From a virus, in IMG/VR virus record IMGVR_UViG_3300036828_000413, positions 7,761 to 71,760 of that record: 64,000 nt of DNA. The stretch is one strand, 5' to 3'. Of this stretch, positions 54,992-64,000 are shown in pieces. Each line of letters begins with the position of its first letter. The stretch's first letter is position 1. The translations under genes were made by a program, and so were the position numbers. The notes below the pieces were generated by a model. The model worked only from the letters and a program-made list of their open reading frames with translations, had not been told where the DNA came from and made no database searches.

Positions 54992-57364
54992 TTAAAGGCC
55001 CTGTAATTCTAGTGCAAGCTTGCTCAAATCTATGATGCAAAGGTCCTTGGCATCGGCGCCAGCCCAGGTGATCTCATTAGGGTCTCTGGCTGCCAGCTCC
55101 TTAGAGGTGGAGATGACCCTGGCACCTAGCGAGCGCTTGTAGCCTGGGGCAGGCTTGCTCACTTTTTGCTTGCCCACATACAGACCCTCCTGCTCGGCGA
55201 TCTTTCTGATGTACATCGGTCTCTCAGTCTTTTCGCTGGAGCGACCATTGTTGTAGACCTCGTCGATGGCCCGAACGCCGTCCTTATCGAACATGACGAT
55301 CGGCAGGCCATCCTTGGCCGCGGTAGCCAACCTGTGCACCTCGGGTGACGCTGACTTCTCCAAGTGGCCGAGCTCGCCCTCGCCGTTGCTCTCGCAGGTC
55401 ATCTTGCACCAGCGAAAGTCGTTGCGGATGAGCTCTTGCCCAACGCTGTCCGACTCCTCGACCATCTGGGTCTTGGTCGGTGTCCACGGGGCCTCGCTGC
55501 CGGCCACGACGTGGCCCCTGTCCCTGACGTAGTCCTTGGCCCACTGCTTGACCTTGCGGTAGCCGTCCTCCATGTCCAGCCAGTCGTGCAGCCTGATCCA
55601 GTACTCGTGCGACTGCTTGGACGAGCTCACCTGGGGGACGAACCACCTGCGGTCCGTGTTATCCAGCCTGAGCGCCCGCATGGAGTTGCTGCACGCGATG
55701 ATGTGGACGTGGTTGTCGACGTAGTACTCGCTGACGAACTTCTTCTCAACTCTCAGCGTCTTGTCGGTGATCACCTCCTTCAGGCGGTTGTACGCGGCGG
55801 TGCTGTGGCCCTGGTAGATTTCGTTGACCACGACCAGCTGCTTCTCAGCCCACTCCGAGAACCTGCCCAGGATGCTGCTCTCACTGGTGGTGGCCACGTT
55901 GCTCCGGCCGAGCACCCTGGACACGATGTCGGACAGCGTGGTCTTGCCGACGCCCTGCATCTCCGAGATCAGCAATAATCCGTAGTTCATCTTGACGCCC
56001 GGCTTGGCCATCAGCGTGGCCAGCCACTGCTTGATGATCTCTCGCTCATAGTCGCTTGGAAACAACCTGTCGAGAAAGTCCGTGAACAGCGTGTAGTCCA
56101 CGTGCTTGGCCTCCTTGGCAGTGTAGTCTCGCACACCGGACGGCTGGTAGACGTTCAGGCTCATCTCTCGCTCCTTGGAGAACAGGCCTGGCTTGGCCGC
56201 GGGATCGTAGATCACCTTGACGCCCTTGCCCTGCCACACCTTTCGCAGGTATCGCCCGGTGTAGTCCACGTCGGACCACGGGGCGACCACACTGTCGAAC
56301 TGGCCTTGGTTGTGGTAGCAAAACTTAGTCAGCCTGGCGTGGCAGAAGAACTCTGGGTTGACTGTGTGGATCCACTCCTCGGCGAACTCCTTGGTCAGTG
56401 TGTGACCGGGTGCACCAGCCTTGCCTGCGGTCCGCTCCAGCCGCTTTGTGGCCCACGTGGCTGGCCACGCGTAATCCATCAGTGACGTCTCTACGGTCCC
56501 AGCCCTGGACACGAGCGCGGCCGGGATGGCGTCCGCGAGGTCCCACCCGGGCGGGAAGCGGTCGTCGAACTTGATCGCGAACATCCTGCCGCCGTACCTC
56601 CGCGAGAACACCTGGGCCGCGGCCTTGCCCACGCCGTCGTTGTCGGCCACGTAGTACAGGTCGCCCTCGATCTTCTCCCGCCTGAGCTCCTCGTAGTCGC
56701 AGCGGTGGATGGCCAGAGCGCCGCCGATCGCGCCCCAGTGCTCAAACAGGGCCAGCTCGTCGCTCCACGGGTGTCGCTTTCGCTCATCCCTCCGCTCAGG
56801 GTCGTTGACCAGCCCGTCTATGAAGTGTGCGGTCTTGGCGCCCTCGTGGACCATGAGGCTCGCCTTGTTGCGTCTCACCGGTGGCTTCCAGAACGGGAGC
56901 GCACCGTCCGGCTCCATTTGCCGCCAGATTGGTCGGCCACCCTTGACTACGAACATCGTCCATGGAACGTAGTACTTCTTCCCGTCGTCGGCCTGCCTGC
57001 GCTCCTGGCACATGACCACTTCCTTGCGAGCGAGGTCCCAGAAGGTGTACAAATTTCCGCTCACTTGCCCACTGTCTAACAGGTCTTGGATGTGGGCCTC
57101 GCTGGCCCGCACGCTCTTGGGAAACTCGACCTTGCCCAACTCCTTCTTGATCGCCTCAGCCTCCTCCTCGGTGGGCGCGTACTCCTCCGCGCTGCACTCA
57201 ATCGAGAAGTCATTGGCGATCTTGACCAGGACCTTCTCCACGTAGTAGTGAGACCCGTGGTACTGCTTGATCATGAACCTGCGGAAGTTCAGCTGCTCGG
57301 CGCCGATCCGGTCGATGTATGCCCTCAGTGCGGGGAATTTGGCGTAGTGATACTCATACTCCAT
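54992..57364 (-). CDS. TOPRIM primase fused to SF3-type helicase (DUF5906-like)
   Basis: VHEGAKTA and VADND..G TOPRIM motifs. QGVGKTT Walker A, VVNEI, LKE.IT...V..K, SN...L....DRRW. Confidence 0.88.
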   Translation of the reverse strand: MEYEYHYAKFPALRAYIDRIGAEQLNFRRFMIKQYHGSHYYVEKVLVKIANDFSIECSAEEYAPTEEEAEAIKKELGKVEFPKSVRASEAHIQDLLDSGQVSGNLYTFWDLARKEVVMCQERRQADDGKKYYVPWTMFVVKGGRPIWRQMEPDGALPFWKPPVRRNKASLMVHEGAKTAHFIDGLVNDPERRDERKRHPWSDELALFEHWGAIGGALAIHRCDYEELRREKIEGDLYYVADNDGVGKAAAQVFSRRYGGRMFAIKFDDRFPPGWDLADAIPAALVSRAGTVETSLMDYAWPATWATKRLERTAGKAGAPGHTLTKEFAEEWIHTVNPEFFCHARLTKFCYHNQGQFDSVVAPWSDVDYTGRYLRKVWQGKGVKVIYDPAAKPGLFSKEREMSLNVYQPSGVRDYTAKEAKHVDYTLFTDFLDRLFPSDYEREIIKQWLATLMAKPGVKMNYGLLLISEMQGVGKTTLSDIVSRVLGRSNVATTSESSILGRFSEWAEKQLVVVNEIYQGHSTAAYNRLKEVITDKTLRVEKKFVSEYYVDNHVHIIACSNSMRALRLDNTDRRWFVPQVSSSKQSHEYWIRLHDWLDMEDGYRKVKQWAKDYVRDRGHVVAGSEAPWTPTKTQMVEESDSVGQELIRNDFRWCKMTCESNGEGELGHLEKSASPEVHRLATAAKDGLPIVMFDKDGVRAIDEVYNNGRSSEKTERPMYIRKIAEQEGLYVGKQKVSKPAPGYKRSLGARVISTSKELAARDPNEITWAGADAKDLCIIDLSKLALELQGL

Positions 57365-57599
57365 GGGATACTCCTCATGCGAGGGATTGATCGGTGATAA
57401 ATCAGGAGGAGTTGGCTTGGCGCAAGCACTCAAGCACGAACCGCAGTGTTTAATGGGTGTGAACGCGGATCCACCCACGTGGAGCTTAGACACACTTTTC
57501 TCCGTGAGTAAACAAAATAATTCATATTTTTTTACCCGTTATGAAAAATTAGTGATAGGCTTCATTTCTTCACGAAACGCCTTCCCAGGGAGCTCGTCC

Positions 57600-58136
57600 A
57601 TGGATATTCCATCATCGACCAGGAGGATGAGTGAGCTCGCGCGAGAACTGCGGGACCGCAACAGGGCGGTAGCGGACCTGGAGGACCGCCTGCGTGAGGA
57701 GAATGAGCGGATCAGGGCGATCACCCAGGGAGAGATGGTGGACGTGATGCACGAGATGGACGTGTCCAGGTTCGACATCCCAGCCGACGGCAATCTCCCT
57801 GCCATGTACTTCGAGATGGGCAACCACTACAACGCCAGCATATCATCCAAGTGGGAGGATGAGCGCAGGGAGGCGGCGTTCGGAGTGCTGCCCGACGAGC
57901 TCCTGAAGATCGAGGTGACCGCGCTGTTCGCCAAGGGCGAGGCCGAGATCGCCAGGGACCTAGCGGAGGAGCTCATGGTCGCCGGATACACAGTCACCAT
58001 CAAGAAGTCGGTTCACTCATCCACGCTGAAGTCGTGGCTGCGTGAGCAGTTTGAGAATGGCCGCCAGCTGCCCGATCTGGACACGATCGGGGCCAGCATC
58101 TTCAACGAAGTCCAAGTCAAGGAGAAGCGAGCATGA
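57600..58136 (+). CDS. Conserved phage replication-region protein
   Basis: Coiled coil, M..M.V..F, VH..TLK.W.REQ.E.G pattern. Confidence 0.75.
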   Translation: MDIPSSTRRMSELARELRDRNRAVADLEDRLREENERIRAITQGEMVDVMHEMDVSRFDIPADGNLPAMYFEMGNHYNASISSKWEDERREAAFGVLPDELLKIEVTALFAKGEAEIARDLAEELMVAGYTVTIKKSVHSSTLKSWLREQFENGRQLPDLDTIGASIFNEVQVKEKRA

Positions 58137-58921
58137 CCAAGGGACAAGTCGCGTCCAAGAGCGAGCGCCACCAGCAAGTTTTGACCGAGGACTACGCCGA
58201 CAAGTACGCCGGCGAGGAGACCCACGTTGACCGCGAGCACACGATCACACCGCGGGCGACAATTTTACAGGGATTGTCACCCCAGGTGAAGCGGAACAAC
58301 GTTGCGTACGTGGAGGGCGCCGCGCCGGGCATGATCTTCCTGTCCTCGTACCACGCCCCGCTGATCGACGGCGACGAGGGCATCGTGTTCCAGCCGTGCC
58401 TGTTCCAGACCATGTGGGAGGTCAGGACGCCGAAGGAGTCGGGCGCGATGAACTACATCGACGCGTTCCCGGAGGTCCAGGCCGGGTGGGAGGCCCACCG
58501 GGCCGAGAAGGGGTTCGTGTGGTACCGGACGCCCGAGGGCAACGTGGCCAACCTGATCCACATCCACATCGGGATCATCCACCTCAATCTCGAGCGGCTG
58601 GCGTACGCCGTACCCATGCACGGGACCGGAATGTTCATCTCGAAGCAGTTCAACGGGCTGGTAGGCTCTCGCCGCACGGACAGTGGCAAGCCGGCCGCCA
58701 GGTTCACGTTCACCTACCGCATGCGGGTCAAGTCCCAGACCAACGCGATGGGCGAGTGGGGCCAGTGGGCGATCAGTCCCGAGGGCAAGGCCACGAATGA
58801 GGAGCAGGACATGGCCCACGAGCTCGTGGCCGCGTTCAAGGAGAACCGGGCCAGCGTCGAGCGTGAGGCGCCGGGCGAGTACGCCGGCGACAACGGTGGT
58901 GGTGATGATGCCGCTATGTAA
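58133..58921 (+). CDS. Putative ssDNA-binding / recombination protein
   Basis: PR..ILQ.LSPQV....Y.EGA.PG.I, N..G.W..W, acidic C-terminal tail. Confidence 0.65.
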   Translation: MTKGQVASKSERHQQVLTEDYADKYAGEETHVDREHTITPRATILQGLSPQVKRNNVAYVEGAAPGMIFLSSYHAPLIDGDEGIVFQPCLFQTMWEVRTPKESGAMNYIDAFPEVQAGWEAHRAEKGFVWYRTPEGNVANLIHIHIGIIHLNLERLAYAVPMHGTGMFISKQFNGLVGSRRTDSGKPAARFTFTYRMRVKSQTNAMGEWGQWAISPEGKATNEEQDMAHELVAAFKENRASVEREAPGEYAGDNGGGDDAAM

Positions 58922-59071
58922 GGCGATGGTGGATTGCAGGGGGTGGCGCGTCAACATTCTCAGCGAGCGGTCGCTCGGCTATCGCCATTGGCGGTTCGGC
59001 CTCGTAAGGGTCGATAACTTTCGTGGCAGTGGTGATTGGTGGCTCGCATTCTACCGCGTTGGGAGATCGCC

Positions 59072-59248
59072 ATGCCGCTGAACCGGGCCCACCTCGTGGT
59101 CAAGGTAGACGGCAAGCGACCAGTCTCAGTGGTGGTCATGGTGGCCCAGACCATGGTCGCCGAGGTGACCATCGAGGAGTTCAAGCGAATGTACTCTCAG
59201 ATCGACAGAATGGAGGACCACCTGCATGACGAAGCTGGCGAAGTATGA
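59072..59248 (+). CDS. Small hypothetical protein
   Basis: GGGAG RBS. Confidence 0.45.
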   Translation: MPLNRAHLVVKVDGKRPVSVVVMVAQTMVAEVTIEEFKRMYSQIDRMEDHLHDEAGEV

Positions 59249-59864
59249 CGCTGCCAAAAGGGCATTAGCGGAAGCTAGAAAGGTGGATGAGGTTCTAGCC
59301 ATAGAGAACGATGCCAAGAAGCTCGAAGCATATGCCAGACAGGCGAAGGACAAGGACCTCTTGGAGAACGCTGCAGAGATCAGGGCCCGAGCGGAGCGCA
59401 AGCTCGGACAGATGATGGCCGCCAGTCCTAAAGCTCCTCCAGGACCAAAAAGATCGGGTCCATCCATGGACCCGATTTCCTTAAAGCAAGCCGGCATTGG
59501 CAAACGTCTCGCTGATCGCGCCAGAACCGCAGCCAGGGATAGCGAAGAGACTTTCGAACGAGTGACGCTTCCCAAGGTGAAGGAGCGAGCGCGAAGGCAA
59601 ATTGAACATCGTGAACCAGAGCTTCCAGATGCGCCAATCAATGTAAACCAATTCGCCTGCGTCCTGGCCGATAGGTTGATCGAACAAGTCAGATTGGCCA
59701 CCTCAACTCGCGATCTCAATAAATTAATTGAACTGCGAGATGAGATTGGTCCGAGTGCGCTCAGTGAATTTCTCAACGCTGTTGATAGTTGTATAGAAGC
59801 GTTGGAGAGGTTGAAGGGAATGGTGGCATCTTCAAGGGACAACGTCGTAAGATTGAGGAGTTAA
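59226..59864 (+). CDS. Hypothetical protein with YDAA..ALAEA..VDEV..I..A..L..YARQAK N-terminal domain
   Basis: GGAGG RBS. This N-terminal pattern is recalled from phage proteins often fused to methylases, but no methylase motif is present here. Confidence 0.7.
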   Translation: MTKLAKYDAAKRALAEARKVDEVLAIENDAKKLEAYARQAKDKDLLENAAEIRARAERKLGQMMAASPKAPPGPKRSGPSMDPISLKQAGIGKRLADRARTAARDSEETFERVTLPKVKERARRQIEHREPELPDAPINVNQFACVLADRLIEQVRLATSTRDLNKLIELRDEIGPSALSEFLNAVDSCIEALERLKGMVASSRDNVVRLRS

Positions 59865-59866
59865 AT

Positions 59867-60424
59867 ATGGCGACCAAAGAAGAAATCAAATTGGCTAATC
59901 TAGCCGCAGAGGTCATAGCCGAGCTCTATCAAAATCCAGACAAGAACGGAACTAATCTCAAACAAATCACTGATCGCATGTACGAAAAGTACGATCCCAA
60001 GATGCTTCAAGAGCTGACGACAATCAAGGGACCTATTGCCGTGCTCAGTGATGGAATGATCACTCGCAATATAATTCGCTATCAATTAGATAGAAAACAT
60101 GTCTGGGTGTTACCGCTCAAGGGGACTTTCCAGCGAGACTTTCCAGATTGGGTCAACAAACTCCCTACGATCGAAAAGCTCAACAAGAAATTGGCCGGGC
60201 GAGGCGCATCTAAATACGTCTGTGGAGGAGCGATGAAGTGCATAGGCTTCTTGTTCGTTGGACCTGAGCCAAATCGCGCCGCTGCTCAACATCTATTCAA
60301 CATCTATTCTCGTGCGAGAAAAAAGTCAGCAAGCACGCATCAACAAGGTACTGAGAACATCCATGAGGCAGCGGAAAACCTGCTTCACTTCAAACCAAAA
60401 GAAATTGGAGGTGGACGCTCATGA
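59867..60424 (+). CDS. Hypothetical protein
   Basis: GAGGAG RBS. Looks AT-richer than neighbours. Confidence 0.7.
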   Translation: MATKEEIKLANLAAEVIAELYQNPDKNGTNLKQITDRMYEKYDPKMLQELTTIKGPIAVLSDGMITRNIIRYQLDRKHVWVLPLKGTFQRDFPDWVNKLPTIEKLNKKLAGRGASKYVCGGAMKCIGFLFVGPEPNRAAAQHLFNIYSRARKKSASTHQQGTENIHEAAENLLHFKPKEIGGGRS

Positions 60425-61431
60425 CGGAACTGAACAAGCGGATCGCTGACATTCCGATCCCCCAGAGGCTCGCTGGCTTCCCGCTCAGCGACGAGGGCTA
60501 TCCGGTCCCGTACTTCGTGCCGTTCGTCAACGGCCAACCTGAGTTCCGAGCGATGGACCCAGAGAAGTTCACCCACGCGGTCAGAAGTCGCAAGTGCTGG
60601 CTGTGTGGGGGAACGCTAGGGAAATTTCTCACCTTCCCGATCGGGCCCATGTGCGCGATCACGCGGACCACGGCAGAGCCACCCTCCCACCTCGAGTGCT
60701 GCGAGTACGCGGTGCGGGCGTGCCCGTTCCTCAGCCAGCCGCGCATGAGACGCAACGAGAAGGACCTTCCTGACAACGCCGGAATGGCCGGCATTGGCAT
60801 CAAGCGCAATCCAGGCGTCACGGTGTTGTGGACCACGCTGGGCTACAAGCTGTTCTCGGCTGGCAAGGGCTATCTGTTTCGGCTCGGAGACCCTGAGCAC
60901 ATTGAGGCCTACGCCCTGGGCCGGACGGCCACGACGGAGGAGCTGGCCCACAGCATCATCACTGGCTACCCTCAGCTCCAGGTCATTGCCACGCAAGATG
61001 GACCTGAGGCTGAGGACGAGCTGGCCAACTACTACGCGACCGGCCTGCGGGTGCTCGGGCTCCGGGCGGAGGACATGTACTCAATCGAGAGGGAGCTGGC
61101 CAATGAGGATCATTGGAGCGGGCATGGCGGGACTTCTGGCAGCGAGGATGCTCTCACGGCACAATCCGGTAGTCCTGGAGAAGTCTCCAGTCCTACCCCA
61201 CAACCACAGCGCGGTCCTGAGGTTCTCGACCAACAGGGTGGCGGAGGTCCTGGGCATCCCGTTCAAGCGGGTCCAACTGGTCAAGACGGTGGTCCCCTGG
61301 CGCAACCCAGTGGCGGACGCCATGGCCTACTCGCGCAAGGTGCTCGGCGAGTATCGCTCGGATCGCAGCGTGTTGCTGCCGGAGCGATGGCAGTCTACCG
61401 AAAGATACATAGCGCCCGAGGACCTGATTGA
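60421..61431 (+). CDS. Cys/His-rich conserved phage protein
   Basis: GYPVP.FV......P.FR, CWLCG..LG...F.IGPMC......EPP.H.EC..YA..ACPFL. 3' end overlaps the next gene. Confidence 0.75.
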   Translation: MTELNKRIADIPIPQRLAGFPLSDEGYPVPYFVPFVNGQPEFRAMDPEKFTHAVRSRKCWLCGGTLGKFLTFPIGPMCAITRTTAEPPSHLECCEYAVRACPFLSQPRMRRNEKDLPDNAGMAGIGIKRNPGVTVLWTTLGYKLFSAGKGYLFRLGDPEHIEAYALGRTATTEELAHSIITGYPQLQVIATQDGPEAEDELANYYATGLRVLGLRAEDMYSIERELANEDHWSGHGGTSGSEDALTAQSGSPGEVSSPTPQPQRGPEVLDQQGGGGPGHPVQAGPTGQDGGPLAQPSGGRHGLLAQGARRVSLGSQRVAAGAMAVYRKIHSARGPD

Positions 61432-62041
61432 GCGTATGGCTGAGGGAGTAGAAATTGAATTCGGTCACGAATATCAATTTCTACCCGACCAGCCCAAGGT
61501 CATCTCGACCATTCCGATGCCTACGCTGGCCAAGCTGATGGGCTACAAGAAGGAGCTCGGCTGGAAGTGGATCGATGGCAAGAACCTGGTCACCCGGGTC
61601 AAGGGCTGCGAGGCCTACGTCAGCATCATGGTCCCAGACCCCAACGTGCCGTTCTCCCGGGCTACCATCACGGGCGACCAACTTATTGTTGAATTGACCG
61701 GTGACGTCACCCAGCCCGAGAAGATCATCTACAAGGCCTGCGAGCTCCTGGGGATCACCGAGCGATGCAATGACGTCAAGCTCGTGGACCAGAGCTACGC
61801 CAAGATCGCCCCGATCGATGAGGATGAGCGACGAGCATTTATCCACTGGGCTAGTACTGTAACTGGCCGAGCCTATCAACTCGGACGCTTTGCGACTTGG
61901 AGACCTCGGCTATTGCTAGACGATCTTGTTCAAGATGTCCGCAAGATTGAGAGGTGGATTACGATGCCCAGTGGATACGAACAGGACCTCGAACTGGTTA
62001 AGGAAAGAGATGGATCATTATCCAGTTTATCACGGCGTTGA
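61103..62041 (+). CDS. FAD-dependent oxidoreductase (UDP-galactopyranose mutase-like fold)
   Basis: MRIIGAGMAGLLAA Rossmann motif, ISTIPMP, C-terminal LGRFATWR. Confidence 0.82.
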   Translation: MRIIGAGMAGLLAARMLSRHNPVVLEKSPVLPHNHSAVLRFSTNRVAEVLGIPFKRVQLVKTVVPWRNPVADAMAYSRKVLGEYRSDRSVLLPERWQSTERYIAPEDLIERMAEGVEIEFGHEYQFLPDQPKVISTIPMPTLAKLMGYKKELGWKWIDGKNLVTRVKGCEAYVSIMVPDPNVPFSRATITGDQLIVELTGDVTQPEKIIYKACELLGITERCNDVKLVDQSYAKIAPIDEDERRAFIHWASTVTGRAYQLGRFATWRPRLLLDDLVQDVRKIERWITMPSGYEQDLELVKERDGSLSSLSRR

Positions 62042-62148
62042 TAAAAGTGGACGAGATTGGAAAGGAAGGTTCACACTGCTAGAATGAAGCGTTGGCATCG
62101 CAAAGAGAAATCTACAACCGACTCCAACTCTAACTCTATGAGGATATC

Positions 62149-62592
62149 ATGACCGACTACGCCGAGCTACGAAAGCTGAGCATCGACGACCTGCTCAATC
62201 GTGCGATCGACCAAGGCAACGGCGCCAGCAGGCAGGAGATCAAGACCAGACAGATGGCCATCAAGCCATCCGTCAAGCTGGGTGACTTTCTGCTCTCCGA
62301 GCTGATGAAGTCCAGGGGAGTTGAGCGGGCCCAGCCGGTGGTGCCGGACGCCGGCAACGACCTCGCGGAGATCGACATCTCAGACGATCCCGATATGATC
62401 TGCGTGCTCGCCCGCAAGTGCCTGCGGGACGGGTTCACGGGCCAGGGCATGCGAGACGCTGACCGGGCCAAGTCGTACATCAAGATGGCCGCATCCAATC
62501 CTCGGGTCATGGATGAGCTACCCGAGAGCGGCACGGCGTTCTGGAAGTCGGCCTCGTTCAACTATCGGCTGTGGAAGTCGGAGAAGAAGTGA
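62149..62592 (+). CDS. Hypothetical protein
   Basis: GAGGA RBS. Confidence 0.7.
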   Translation: MTDYAELRKLSIDDLLNRAIDQGNGASRQEIKTRQMAIKPSVKLGDFLLSELMKSRGVERAQPVVPDAGNDLAEIDISDDPDMICVLARKCLRDGFTGQGMRDADRAKSYIKMAASNPRVMDELPESGTAFWKSASFNYRLWKSEKK

Positions 62593-62888
62593 TGGCCAGG
62601 AGCTACCTTTGCGTTGGGGGTCCGAAGGCAGGGCAGCGCGTGGCGGTCAGGGAGGGCGTGAGGATCATCAGGGTCCCGATCGCCCCCAAGATCGCCCACG
62701 CCGTCGATCCCAACACCGAGGACCAACTCAAGATAGAGGTGGTAGAGTATCGAGAGCAGACGCTCGTCGGTGACGAGCTGGCTGGAGGCTACGAGAGCGT
62801 GACCGTGTGGGCCCCGACCACCCAGGGCCCACGCCAGACACTCGAGCTGTTGTTGGAAGCGTATGAAAAAACCAGGAGAGAGCCATGA
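62592..62888 (+). CDS. Hypothetical protein
   Basis: TGATG coupling, CVGGP..G motif. Confidence 0.65.
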   Translation: MARSYLCVGGPKAGQRVAVREGVRIIRVPIAPKIAHAVDPNTEDQLKIEVVEYREQTLVGDELAGGYESVTVWAPTTQGPRQTLELLLEAYEKTRREP

Positions 62889-63670
62889 GAGTCACACTGA
62901 TCGACTACACCGGAAAGTTCGCGCACGACCCGTGGTACGCCGCCGGCCTAATGATCTGGACCAAGCAGACCCGCACCCAGATGTCCGCTGGGGGTCTCCA
63001 AGAGATTTTGAAGAGAACTCCAGACGAGCTGGAGCAGGAGCTCAAGTACATGGCGGCCACGGTCCCATCGAGCTGGGAGTTCTGCGACTTCACCTTCCTG
63101 GTCGAGGGCGTCACCAGGGCGTTCACCCACCAGTTCGTGCGGACCCGCACTCTCTCGTTCGCCCAGCAGGCGATGCAGGTCCTCCGGGTGGACCAGGGCA
63201 ATGGGTGGGACTACCTCGTCGGGGAGACGATCAAGACCGATCCTAGGGCGAGAGCAGTCTACAAGGAAGTTATGGAGACGATCGCGCTTGGCTATACGCA
63301 ACTCGCAGACACACCAGGCATCCACACCGAAGACGCGCGGGGCGTCCTGCCGACCAACATCCTCACGAACATCGTGGCCAAGGGCAACCTTCGTGTATGG
63401 GCTGACCTCTTGAGAAAGAGGGCCAGCCCACGCAACCAGGGCGCCAAGCCGAGCAGCGAGGGCGAGTGGTCCGTAGTCCACCGAGAGATCAAGCGGCTGA
63501 TGATCGAGGCCCTGCCGTGGACCGACCTGTTCCTCAACCGCACCGAGGACAGGGTGGCTGCGGACATGTACGCGATGCTCGAGCGGCTTCCGTCTGAGTT
63601 GAAGTCTCTGAAGACGGATCTCACGAAGGGCGTGGACCAGCTGCTGACCAACGTGGGAGAGGAGCGATGA
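62885..63670 (+). CDS. thyX: Divergent flavin-dependent thymidylate synthase (ThyX-like)
   Basis: FTFLVEGVTRAFTHQFVRTR..SF.QQ, EDARGVLPTN..T......NLR. Confidence 0.8.
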   Translation: MRVTLIDYTGKFAHDPWYAAGLMIWTKQTRTQMSAGGLQEILKRTPDELEQELKYMAATVPSSWEFCDFTFLVEGVTRAFTHQFVRTRTLSFAQQAMQVLRVDQGNGWDYLVGETIKTDPRARAVYKEVMETIALGYTQLADTPGIHTEDARGVLPTNILTNIVAKGNLRVWADLLRKRASPRNQGAKPSSEGEWSVVHREIKRLMIEALPWTDLFLNRTEDRVAADMYAMLERLPSELKSLKTDLTKGVDQLLTNVGEER

Positions 63671-64000
63671 AACCTCCAGCCCAATTTGTAAAGCTGATGA
63701 TGATGACCACCAGCTCCCACGACCAGGAGGCCCTGACAGCCATCCGCAAGGCCAACGCCATACTCGCCTCAGCCAACGTGAACTGGGAGGAGTTCTTGAA
63801 CGCGACGGAGGCCGCCAAGAGCGGTGATGGCTTCTCAAGCTACGGCAGCCAGTTCAGTCGCCAAACCAGCTTCACCGACTCCTCCGAGATCGATCCCTTG
63901 TTCGATGCTGCGTTCGCCAGGGTCAGCAAGGGGGCCAGCTTTCGCCACTTTCTAGACAGCGTCCACGATTGGTGGGAAACCAAGGGCTATCTCACCGAAA
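63667..64000 (+). CDS. Hypothetical protein (DUF2786-like N-terminus), 3' truncated
   Basis: KLMMMTTSSHDQEALTAIRKAN, ATGA coupling. Confidence 0.6.
   Translation, partial: MKPPAQFVKLMMMTTSSHDQEALTAIRKANAILASANVNWEEFLNATEAAKSGDGFSSYGSQFSRQTSFTDSSEIDPLFDAAFARVSKGASFRHFLDSVHDWWETKGYLTE

Noticed and set aside
1-64000. Alternative genetic code
   Set aside because: Known genes translate full-length with code 11, and TAG, TGA and TAA all occur as genuine stops.

Overview
The window is part of a tailed dsDNA phage genome (Caudoviricetes). No integrase, repressor, tRNA, rRNA or CRISPR array was recognised. It has three blocks. (1) 1-16347, + strand: densely packed small early genes, a SAM methyltransferase and a frameshifted SNF2-type helicase. 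(2) 16447-57364, - strand: holin and endolysin, several fibre genes, a Mu-like contractile tail and baseplate, an HK97-like head module, terminase large subunit, HNH nuclease, a NusG paralog and a TOPRIM primase-helicase. (3) 57600-64000, + strand: replication and nucleotide-metabolism genes, including an FAD oxidoreductase and a divergent ThyX. The most unusual observations are: a four-copy covarying structured leader in front of early genes; a second major-capsid paralog followed by a glycosyltransferase and a methyltransferase inside the head module; two tandem paralogous tape-measure genes carrying different cell-wall hydrolases; a two-copy late RNA motif, one copy ending in an H-type pseudoknot; secreted and Pro-His repeat genes where a small terminase is expected; and a ThyX lacking its canonical catalytic motif. 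All protein calls come from motif recognition by eye with no database search. An alphaproteobacterial host is a guess only.
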